A program made the position numbers and the translations under genes. This document shows, in pieces, positions 1-9,503 of a DNA stretch of 19,728 nucleotides (position 1 is the stretch's first letter; each line of letters starts with the position of its first letter). Source of the stretch: Octopus sinensis (taxonomy: Eukaryota); the NCBI RefSeq assembly GCF_006345805.1, contig NW_021824155.1, forward strand, positions 1 through 19,728. The letters are read 5' to 3'. The notes under the pieces are model-generated. The model was not told the DNA's origin. It did no database searches and saw only the letters and a list, made by a program, of their open reading frames with translations.

Positions 1-173
1 GCGTTATCTTGATATGAGATCACCATGTCGCGCACATATGGTTGTGATGCATGTGCCTGGTGTACCCTTATCAGACGGGTAGTCATGATGGGTATACTGG
101 GCTTCGTATATTTTACCCCAGTGTCACTTTGATGGCATGCACTGCTCTCTCACTCAATAATAATAATAATAAT
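1..173 (+). mobile_element. Probable 3' end (UTR plus tail) of a non-LTR retroposon ending in (AAT)6; cut by the window start
   Basis: Non-repetitive sequence ends abruptly in (AAT)6 at 156-173. It resembles an octopus repeat 3' end as I recall it; family not verified. Confidence 0.4.
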
Positions 174-175
174 AG

Positions 176-540
176 TAATAGGTATGAAACCGAAAGTGTA
201 TCTTGGGTACTGGGTTTGCGAACTCTTCTTCAATGTTCCATACGGGCCCTTATTCCCGTATATTTTTCGGTCCACATCAATTGCCAAATGGCAGATAATT
301 TCCACAACTGACCGCTGGTTCTTTATATTTGTGAGTTCTTTTAATTTTTACGTTCTGCCAATATTTTTTGACCTATTGATCTCAATATAGCCAATTTCGT
401 CGGTCGCTAATTTCCTTTTTATTATTGTTCCGTTCAAGACTATTCTTACCACCTCATCGTACGCCATGGGAAAATAATATCCAGAAGACATCTTCTCGTA
501 GTAGGCTACAACGTGGTTGATGTCTTCATGTTTAATTTTG
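176..540 (-). mobile_element. Degenerate non-LTR retrotransposon ORF fragment, restriction-like endonuclease type (R4/Dong-like), zinc-knuckle-to-RLE region
   Basis: Minus strand reads HEDINHVVAYYEKMSSGYYFPMAYDEVVR, then YWQNVKIK (shifted frame), then VVEIICHLAIDVDRK..YGTL..QYPRYTFGFIPI. This follows the recalled family order EDINH(I)xxxCPKMSxRYYLPxRHD / YWWNV / VVEISCPxD / YGPL..LYP.YxFxFIPI. Stops and frameshifts are present and the Cys residues are lost. Confidence 0.55.
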
Positions 541-692
541 CGGCTGTGTGGTAGGTAGCTTGCTTGCCAACCACATGGTCCCGGATTCAGTCCCACTGCG
601 TGGCACCTTGGGCAAGTGCCTTCTACTATAGCTTCGGGCCGACCAAAGCCTTGTGAGTGGTTTTGGTAGACAGTTTCCGTCTACCAAATCCA
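541..692 (+). mobile_element. tRNA-derived SINE family A, 5' part only, ending in a short inverted (fold-back) piece
   Basis: Aligns by eye to other copies (ggctgtgtggta..aaccacatggt..ttcagtcccactgcgtggcaccttgggcaagtg..gaccaaagccttgtgagtgg). 672-692 is the reverse complement of the family sequence tggatttggtagacggaaact. Confidence 0.85.
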
Positions 693-1288
693 GGTGGAGA
701 ATTTGTACGCCACTGAAACCGGGAAAGCGGCCCTTATGAGCCTGGCATGGCTAGAGAAGGAACATTTATTTTATTATGTATGTATTATGTATGCATTTAT
801 CTGTTGGGTAATAATATGTCAAAAATAAATGCTTAAATAGAATCAGTGCTAAATGCAGGGATAAGAGATCTGCGTAGACGAGGATTGACTATAGTCGAGT
901 TGATATAGGTATAAGTGAACAAGCGCATAAACAGATATCAAATCCTTTAAACCATTATTATACTTGGCAGTATACTATGGCAGCAAAATAAAATACGGTG
1001 TCCATACCGGCAATTAATGTTATATTAATATCTTGCTATAAGATTTGGGCTTGTGGGTTTTGTCTGTGGTTTTCATTATGGACTACTCCCAATAATGTTC
1101 TGTCCGGCAATTGGGAAGTAATTATTTCCATGCGGATGTGTGCGTATATTTGTGAGTACGTGTTTTAATTGAGAAAAATAAGAACAGCTTGCAGACAATT
1201 TGGGCGTCACGCTCTTTCCAAAGCGTTATCAAATCTCAGTAACAAAACATAAGAGGCTTCTATCAATATCCTGCGATATGATCTAGGC

Positions 1289-1493
1289 CTCTTTTACTCT
1301 TTTACTTGTTTCAGTCATTTGACTGAGGCCATGCTGGAGCACCGCTTTTAGTCGAGCAAATCGCCCCCAGGACTTATTCTTTGTAAGCCTAGTACTTATC
1401 TTATCGGTCTCTTTTGCCGAACCGCTGAGCTACGGGGACGCAAACACACCACACACACACACACACAGACACACACACACAGACACACACACA

Positions 1494-1556
<63 letters not shown>

Positions 1557-1850
1557 TATATATATATATATAAATACAAATAAGAAAATGGAGAAACAAA
1601 TTCAGTTTGTTCATCTACTTAGGGATATTCTAATACTGGATTGTTTATTCGTTTTACAAATGAGAACATCAAAAATACATATATACGACAAGCTTCTTTC
1701 GGTTTCCGTCTACCAAATCCACTCACAAGGCTTTGGTCGGCCCGAGGCTATAGTGGAAGACACTTGCCCAAGGTTCCACGTCGTGGGACTGAACCCGGAA
1801 CCATGTGGTTCGTTAGCAAGCTTCTTACTACAGAAGCCACTCCTACGCCT
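1289..1850 (-). mobile_element. SINE family A, near full length, with expanded internal (CA)n/(TA)n and about 105 bp of extra sequence
   Basis: Head at 1680-1850 and 3' half with (ctctttta) tail at 1289-1450 match copy 12920-13303. Microsatellite at 1449-1571; non-family sequence at 1572-1678. Confidence 0.85.
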
Positions 1851-1950
1851 GTGAATTTTCTAAGCCGCCATTTTCTGCAGAGTTGCTTTCGGTAATATTC
1901 CTTGGGTCCAAATATTCTTCGCTGAAAATATTTGCAGCAGCTCTGCTCCA

Positions 1951-2365
1951 GTTATTGTTCTACGTATCATGTGTTACCCATATAGGTTACCACTCCTGGT
2001 TCAACATTAGATTTTTTTTCAATCATTTATTGCGGTCATGCTGGGGCAGCACCCTGAAAGCTTTATACAGCAGTTCTCGTCCATATTTTACTTATGGACC
2101 CACTTGATTCGTATCTTACTCGGATGGAACCCCGTAGCAATTCGAGGCGTGGATGCGTGGTAAGAAGCTTGCTTCCTAACCACATGGTTCCGGGTTCAGT
2201 CCCACTGTGTGTCACCTTGGGCAAGTGTCTTCTACTATAGCCTCGGATCGACCAAAGCCTTGTGAGTGGATTTGGTAAATGGAAACTAAAAGAAGCCCGT
2301 TGTGTTTGTGTGTGTGTGTTCTTGTTATTGTTCTACGTATCATGTGTTACCCATATAGGTTACCA
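1951..2365. repeat. Perfect 42-bp direct repeat pair (1951-1992 and 2324-2365) flanking 331 bp
   Basis: gttattgttctacgtatcatgtgttacccatataggttacca occurs identically at both positions. Confidence 0.9.
2145..2320 (+). mobile_element. SINE family A, 5' half up to its internal (TG)n
   Basis: A-box-like gtggatgcgtgg, B-box-like ggttcagtccc, then the family body to aaagaagcccgt and (TG)n; 3' half absent. Confidence 0.85.
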
Positions 2366-2647
2366 GTATCTCTCAACGTTTTCTTCCCATTCGAGTATCT
2401 TTTACAGAGATTAAGCGGTGGTTTACGATGACGCTACGTCAGACTGATTTAAGTTCTCTGGAAAATCGTCTGCTCAACATTATAAACTGTTTCTAATTTA
2501 TGCAGATTTATGGTAATTTATATTTTCACGTTTGTTAGATTTGACTCTTAGTTCTTGTTTCATCTGAGGAAGTTTAGAGTTTAAGGTTTCAAATAATCAA
2601 CCTCCAAATTGCTCTTCTGATTTCTACTGTAGACTTTCTGACATTTT

Positions 2648-2734
2648 ATGAATGTATATATGCATATATATATATATGTGTGTGTGTGTGTGTTGTATCT
2701 ATATCTGTTGTATCTTGTAAGTATATGTGTTGCA

Positions 2735-2788
<54 letters not shown>

Positions 2789-2850
2789 TATATATATATA
2801 TATGCATATATACACACTCACATAAACACACACACACACACATATCTATA
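2648..2850. repeat. Compound (TA)n/(TG)n/(CA)n microsatellite
   Basis: Directly visible dinucleotide arrays. Confidence 0.95.
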
Positions 2851-3495
2851 CAGGGTGCGATGGGTAAATTGTCACCATTTTATATTTTTTATTTCGCACG
2901 TGCGTATTGCTTGTTTTTGATTTTGTCAACTACACAGTATAGTAGGGTCAGTTGGGCACCGTCTGTAAGAAAAACAGCACCGTGACTCAATTCATTCTGC
3001 CAGAAATGTGGAAACGACATCACTAGTCATGGCGACATTATGCCTCCATTCATTATTCCGCATGGCCTCAAAGTCAACACGGAGGCCTATATGACAAGTG
3101 CCTGGATGAGGTTGTGCTGCCTTGGGTCAAGAGGATGGCTGCTGGAAGACCCTATGTCTGGCAACCGGACTCTGCACCTTGCCACACAAGCAGGAAAACC
3201 CAATCATGGCTGTCAGACAATTTCTGTGATTACATCACCCCTAACATTTGGCCACCTCACTCCCCAGACTGCAACCCCCTTGATTATTATGTGCAGGGCG
3301 CAGTTGAGCGAGAGACCAACAAAACTCCTTGTAACACCAAAGATGAACTGACTGAAGGCAAGGATTATGGCAGCATTCACCAACTTAAACAAGGAGACTG
3401 TCCAGAAGAGCTGCAGGAAACTCCGAAATCGTCTGGAGGCCGTGGTTGAAGCCAATGGCGATTTTATTGAATAAATTTACTCTTTAGTATTTCAA
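2851..3495 (+). mobile_element. Internally deleted, 3'-truncated Tc1/mariner element of DD37D (maT/Bmmar1-like) type; transposase pseudogene
   Basis: TA at 2849-2850 then CAGGGTG TIR start. N-terminus (GTG)TQFILPEMWKRH is joined at about 3019 to ITSHGDIMPPFIIPHGLKVNTEAY. Catalytic part VWQPDSAPCH...WPPHSPDCNPLDY has 37 residues between the 2nd and 3rd Asp. Frameshifts present; stop at 3472-3474; no right TIR seen. Confidence 0.85.
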
Positions 3496-3644
3496 ATCAG
3501 AACTTGCACTAAGAATTAGTCCAAGGTAAAATTACTACCTGCCTTTATAGCAAGTGATGTAGATAGTTTATTCCGTCCCCCTCCGGCTTATAATTCATGC
3601 AATTTTAAAAAACTGTATTATTTGTGGGATGACCCACAAATAAT

Positions 3645-3877
3645 TGTTTCTTTATTACCCACAAGGGGCTAAACATAGAGGAGACAAACAAGGACAGACA
3701 AACGGATTAAGTCGATTACATCGACCCCAGTGCGAAACTGGTACTTGATTTATCGACTCCGAAAGGATGAAAGGCAAAGTCGACCTCGGCGGAATTTGAA
3801 CTCAGAACGTAGCGACAGATGAAATACCGCTAAGCATTTCGCCCGGCGCGCTAATGTGTCTGCCAGCTTGCCGCCTT
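3645..3877 (-). mobile_element. Full-length tRNA-derived SINE family B with 16-bp TSD
   Basis: TSD atgacccacaaataat at 3629-3644 and 3878-3893. Minus strand has an A-box-like ggcaagctggcag, B-box gttcaaattcc, and central gcctttcatcctttcggagtcgataaatcaagtacc shared with 9362-9503 and 18705-18835. Confidence 0.9.
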
Positions 3878-4152
3878 ATGACCCACAAATAATGATGACC
3901 CAATATATATGGCGGAAGCAGGAGTGTGTTTGAAGCGTTGAGAGTTTCATGCGTTGGCACTTACCAAACTACAGATATATAGAAATAGATATAATTTCAA
4001 TAGATATACAGAAGTGATTAAAATGATGTAGAGAGAAAGGAAGAGGAAAATAGAGGGAGGGGAAATTAGAGAGATGGGGAAGATAAAGAAAGAAACAAAG
4101 AAACAAAGAAACGAAATAAAAAAAGAAAGAATGAAAAAGGAAAGACAAGAAT

Positions 4153-4720
4153 AGGCGTGGGAGTGGCTGTGTATTGAGAAGCTTGCTTACGAACCACATG
4201 GTTCCGAGTTCAGTCCCACTGCATGGCACCTTGAGCAAGTGTCTTCTACTATAACCTCGGGCTGACCAAAGCCTTGTGAGGGGATTTGGTAGATGGTAAA
4301 CTGAAAGAACCCATCGTATATATGTATATATATATATATAATATAATATATATATAATATATATATATAATATATATATATAATATATATATATATATAT
4401 AATGTTTTATATATATATATTATATATATATATATATGTATATGTATTAATTAGTATATATGTATGTATGTATGTATGTATGATGTATGTATGTTTGTAT
4501 GTTTGTATGTGTATATGTTTGTGTGCTTGTCTTTGTCCCCTCCAACATTGCTTGACAACCGATGCTGGGCTGTTTACGTCCCCGTAACTTAGCGGTTCGG
4601 CAAAAGAGACCGACAGAATAAGTACTAGGCTTAGAAAGAATAAGTCCTGGGCTCGATTTGGTCGACTAAAGGTGGTGCTCCAGCATGGCCACAGTCAAAT
4701 GGGTGAAACAAGTAAAAGAG
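4153..4720 (+). mobile_element. SINE family A, full length, with about 200 bp internal (TA)/(TATG) microsatellite
   Basis: Head 4153-4315, microsatellite about 4316-4520, 3' half ending ggtgctccagcatggccacagtcaaatgggtgaaacaagtaaaagag. Confidence 0.9.
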
Positions 4721-4896
4721 AGAGAGAGTGTGTAAAAAGAGCAATGAAAAAGAAAGTATAAGACAGTTTCATGAAAAGAACGGGAGATAGTCAAAAGAGA
4801 AAGAATAAGTAGGAAGAGAAAATAGAAAGAGAGAGATGAGAGAGAGGGGGAGAGAGAGAAGGCGGGTGTATCATAATATCAAAGATGCAAACTGAC

Positions 4897-4927
<31 letters not shown>

Positions 4928-5534
4928 ACTGATTGGGTGTGAGATAGAGGGTGGAGAGAAGGGGGTGAAAAGAGAGAGTGAGAGCGAATAAGAGTAAATG
5001 GGAAGAGGAAGGAAGAACGTAACAGGGAGTGGGAGGAAAGAGAGGCAGAAAAGAGAAGGGAAAGAGATAGGAGGAGAGAGTGTGAGACAAGGAGAGTCGG
5101 AAAGAGATAAAGAAAGAGAGACACAGAGGGGGGGAATGATTGAGAAACACTCGCGGAGGTGGGAGAGTAAAAGAAACAAATATTTGAAAAGTGAACGATA
5201 GAGTAAAAGGAGATTCAAAAGAAGGAGAGAAGGAGAGAAAGAGAGAGGGAGACAAAGAGAAAGAAGGAGAGAAGAAAAGTAATTGGAGACAGATGATGTA
5301 TGAAGGTACGCTTAGGAGAGAGGGAGAAAATGAGAATGTATTTCATGATAGCCATAATATGGAGGAAAGGAGAAGGGAGAGAGAAAGGGAAAGAAGATAT
5401 TGGGTAACAGACGACAGATATAGTAATATATAATGAGAGAGGGAGAGAGAGGGGGAGAGAAAGAAAGAGAGGAGACACAGTTATGAAGAAAGATGTGTGT
5501 ATATGTTTATAGAAAGAGACAGATAGATAGATAA

Positions 5535-5599
<65 letters not shown>

Positions 5600-5619
5600 C
5601 AGAGTGAGAGAGAGAGAGG

Positions 5620-5712
<93 letters not shown>

Positions 5713-5715
5713 GAA
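4720..5715. repeat. Purine-rich (GA) low-complexity tract followed by (GATA)n array (about 5518-5712)
   Basis: Directly visible. A similar GA-rich tract lies at about 3970-4150. Confidence 0.9.
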
Positions 5716-6069
5716 CAGAGATATAGCCTGTGTAATCAGTCAGCATGCAACAATTGTATCACGTCACTCTGATTCAAAAGAAAAACAATATGTGTGTGTG
5801 TGTTTGTATGCTTTGTGTGTGTGTGTGTTGTGTGCGGTTATATAATAATAGACAGCTATGTATGTACGTGTTTGACATTTAGCTACAAAAGAACACGTGA
5901 CACAAAGGCTAGATCCGATTATGTGATATGTATATATGTGTGTATATATGTATATATGTGTGTGTGTTTGTATGCATATGTGTATATATATATATAGATA
6001 TTAAAATAGCACTTATCCAAATGTTGTTGAATATGTCATCATCAAAGCTTTACTTCACCTGTTTATAAC

Positions 6070-6173
6070 TTTAAAATTTTTATCTGAAGATGGTGGATTG
6101 TATGCTATGATGTAATCTATAAATACATCAATATAAATAAAGTTCTACCGAAACAGCTGTCGTAAATTTTAAA
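6070..6173 (+). ncRNA. Type I hammerhead ribozyme motif with intact canonical core and long stem II
   Basis: CUGAAGA 6084-6090 plus U; stem II GGUGGA 6092-6097/UCUACC 6144-6149; GAAA 6150-6153; palindromic stem III ACAGCUGU 6153-6160; GUC site after 6161; stem I UUUAU/GUAAA, a 2-nt bulge, then UUUAAAA/UUUUAAA. Confidence 0.8.
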
Positions 6174-6425
6174 CCCCATTTGTGTTGTCTTTTTATACTA
6201 ACGCCGCATCTAGAACCAGCCCCGAGTCCGGTCAACTGTTTAAATTAGATTCGGTGCTTACACATCTACAGTATCCCACACAGTATCCTACAAACGGACA
6301 ATACCTTCATGGTTGTCTTACCCTATCGTGAACCATATGTTATTGTACTTAACCAGTGGATTTTAAAAGTAAAGCTATCGCCTACAGCTGAATACCAACG
6401 CAGGACGCTTGTTTGAATCTGTTCA

Positions 6426-6850
6426 GGATCTTTTCGGTTTGAACGGCAGTTTTTTCTAGCGGTGTCATATGAAATTGTCACCCATAATTATGACCCTAGT
6501 ATCGATCTATTGCATTTCAATCTGTTTTAGGGTTAGGGTTAGGGGTGGGGGGAAGGATGTCTTTTTTTTCTTCACAAATGTAAATAAACCCAATCTGTTT
6601 CTTAAACGAGGGACTTATTCATGCGGCACAGAATGTTTTTTTTTTACCTCAATAGATGTCATTGATTGGTTGAAATTGCAGAAATTGAAGAAAAAAAGAC
6701 AATAAATATCTTACAAACTATAGAATTTTCTCAATAAAGCCAAGAGAAAAAGATGTCTTATAAACACATTCTACCAGTATACGAAGTTTAAAAGTGTTTA
6801 ATAACGTGGAAATTATTTTTAAAAAACTGCCGGTCAAACCGAAAAGATCC
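6426..6850. mobile_element. 425-bp MITE (non-autonomous DNA transposon) with 30-bp TIRs and 8-bp TSD; Merlin-like or hAT
   Basis: TIRs 6426-6455 and 6821-6850 match at 29/30 (ggatcttttcggtttgaacggcagtttttt). TSD tctgttca at 6418-6425 and 6851-6858. No coding capacity. Confidence 0.9.
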
Positions 6851-6881
6851 TCTGTTCATTTTGAAAACGGCGTGAGTGATG

Positions 6882-6967
6882 GACCTTTTGATGAAGCTGC
6901 AGCGACTAGAATACACAACTGCATGCAGAGCAATGTGCAGTCGCTGCAGCCAAAACATATGTTGGTC
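6882..6967 (+). ncRNA. Decayed type I hammerhead ribozyme motif
   Basis: UUGAUGA 6888-6894; perfect 12-bp stem II GCUGCAGCGACU 6896-6907/AGUCGCUGCAGC 6939-6950; AAAA 6952-6955 in place of GAAA; palindrome ACAUAUGU; GUU site after 6963; stem I GACC/GGUC. Confidence 0.55.
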
Positions 6968-7001
6968 AGAGTTATATATGCTGTAGAAAAACTTTGTAAT
7001 A

Positions 7002-7988
7002 TTGGGTTGTCCGGAAAGTTCGTGCCGATTTTTAAAGGAAAGAAAAAGGTCAATAAATACTTGCCATTACATTTTTAATCAACCAAATATGAACCATTTT
7101 GTTGCACAATGCGTCTCCATCTTTCCTTTAACTTGAAAATACCCTCTTCCCAGAACTGAGGTGGTTTCATGGCAAAGAATTCGTCAAGGTATCTTTTTAC
7201 GTCATCCAAGGAATTGAAATTTTTACCATTAAGACTATTCTGCAGAGACCTGAATAAGTGGAAATCCGAAGGAACAATATCTGGTGAATATGGAGGGTGG
7301 GGTAACACATCCCAGCCGAGCTGCAGCAATTTTTGTCTGGTTCCGGAAGAAACGTGCGGTCTTGCATTATCATGTTGAAAAATAACACCCTTCCTGTTGG
7401 CCAATTCTGGACGTTTCTCTTAAATTGCTGCTTTTAACTCGTCCAGTTGTGTGCAGTATTTCTCAGAATTAATTGTCTGGTTACTTGGGAGAAGCTCATA
7501 GTACAGAATTCCTTTCCAATCCCGCCAGACACAAAGCAAGACTTTTTTAGGGTGAAGACCCGCTTTTGGGGTAGCTAAGGGTGACTCATATCACTTACTC
7601 CAGGATCGCTTTCTCTGAACATTTCGGTAGATAATCCATTTCTCATCACCTGTCACAATTTACTTTAAATTTCATTCCGTTTATAAAGCGAATCACAGAT
7701 GGAAATGCGATCCAAAAGGTTCTTCTCACTCAACTCATGTGCTACCCAAACATCGTATCGATCTGTGTATCCAAGCTTTACCAGGTGCTCATGAACGACG
7801 GATTTTGATAGGTTGAGGCTTTCTGCCAATTCTCGGGTTATGCAACGTGAGTTATTCTCAATTAATGACTTGATTTGGTCATCATCTGTAGTAGATGGTC
7901 TGCCTGATCGCTCTTTATCATAAGGCCACAATCTCCAGCTCGGAACCTTGCGAACCACTTCCGTACAGTTCTTTCGGATAAAGAAACA
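7002..7988 (-). mobile_element. Mariner DD34D transposon, 5'-truncated; transposase pseudogene
   Basis: Minus strand: [51 protein letters not shown] (34 residues between D2 and D3); stop at 7075. Internal stops (about 7421, 7592) and frameshifts (about 7665, 7925). One TIR ttgggttgtccggaaagttcgtgccg from 7002 after TA; the 5' end is lost into microsatellite. Confidence 0.95.
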
Positions 7989-7989
7989 T

Positions 7990-8318
<329 letters not shown>

Positions 8319-8638
8319 GGAGTTGTTTAATATCAAAAGTGTCAAAATCCACATGTAATGATTTAATGAGGACTCACCATGATGTATTAAAATCTCAGAA
8401 ATGCGGCGAGCAAGGAAGTTTACGTAACTGACACGTAGACCCTGACACTTAGGTTCGTTAGCTGCATATTATGCAATAATACGAGAAATAAATATTTATA
8501 CAAAACTTCATATTTTGCAGTTGTTTGGAGAATAAATATTCACAACTTCGTCAGACGATAATGATTTTAAATAACTGCCACTTCGTCAGGAGTTATAAAC
8601 GTTAAAATGAGTTCAAAACAACGGTCATTTCAAATTTT

Positions 8639-8682
<44 letters not shown>

Positions 8683-8749
8683 ATGTATGTATTCCATGTG
8701 TATATATATATGCGTATTCTATGTGTATATATATACATATATATATATA

Positions 8750-9365
8750 ACTTAGACAACTCAGATATGTTTCCACCAAAGATTGTTTGCGCCCATGTCT
8801 AACTTAATAGCACCACCTGATAGGATTATCTAAATCCTTTTTGATATCAAGTTTTGTGGTATCATGGTCCATTCGAGTAGGGAGTTCTTGTTGTTTGAGT
8901 TGTATCCAGGTATAGGTGGCTTATCCGGTATTCCTTGAAGAAATTTGTCCAGATTCCGTTTAAAGGTAATGGGATCCTTTTCCTCTTTGATCTGTTTCAG
9001 GACAATGTTAAATAGGGCAGGGCCTGTTGAGGAAAAGAAATTGTGTTGCAGTGTGTTTATATGTTGTGATCCTGAATTGAGTTGGGGACGTAAGACCCGT
9101 GCTCCTATGAATTTTGAAGCTAATGCTGAGGTCGTTTGGGTAATGCTGGCGATATATTCTCCACATCCTGCAAATAATGTATCGTTTACGGTGGCTCTGG
9201 AAGAAATAGAGTTTCTATGCTTTAAGGCAGTCCCAGTAATCGAGATCAGTCATGCCCTTAATTCTTTTAGTGAATGTCCTCTGGGGTGATTCGATTTTCG
9301 AGATGTTTTGTTTCGTTTAGGGAGACCACAAGGGGGCAGCGGTATTTGAGGTGTGACCGTACAAA
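8750..9365 (-). mobile_element. 5'-truncated CR1/L2-group LINE: ORF2 C-terminus plus 3' UTR, degenerate
   Basis: Minus strand: VRSHLKYRCP/LWSP*TKQNISKIESPQRTFTKRIKGMTDLDYWDCLKA*KLY.. then NFFSSTGPALFNIV..FKRNLDKFLQGIPDKPPIPGY..NSLLEW, stop at 8830-8832. Matches the CR1-group post-RT motifs VRPHLEYC..WSP, QRRFTK and GP.LFN.LP...FK..LDKFL. Confidence 0.85.
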
Positions 9366-9503
9366 TTCCGCCGAGGTCGACTTTGCCTTTCATCCTTTCG
9401 GGGTCGATTAAATAAGTACCAGTTACGCACTGCGGTCGATGTAATCGACTAGACCCTTTCCCCAAATTTTCAGGCCTTGTGCCTATTGTAGAAAGGATTG
9501 TTA
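9362..9503 (+). mobile_element. SINE family B, 5'-truncated within the B-box
   Basis: caaattccgccgaggtcgactttgcctttcatcctttcggggtcgattaaataagtaccag matches copy 3645-3877; the tail differs (ggccttgtgcctattgtagaaaggattgtta). Confidence 0.8.

Noticed and set aside
693-775. Possible 3' tail of another retroposon (gccactgaaaccggg..gagaaggaac)
   Set aside because: Only vague recall, with no second copy or TSD in the window.
2564-2620. CUGAGGA at 2564 (likewise CUGAAGA at 14520)
   Set aside because: No matching GAAA or stem III follows.
5518-5712. Regular (GATA)n and other arrays as CRISPR-like repeats
   Set aside because: Simple tandem repeats with no spacers, in a eukaryotic context.
6527-6544. 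(TTAGGG)3 as an interstitial telomere or fusion scar
   Set aside because: It lies inside the MITE, so it is part of the element rather than a chromosome-end relic.
8480-8600. Two minus-strand CUGACGA motifs (8589-8583, 8554-8548) with a GCAGUU/AACUGC stem
   Set aside because: No GAAA or valid stem III at the right place.
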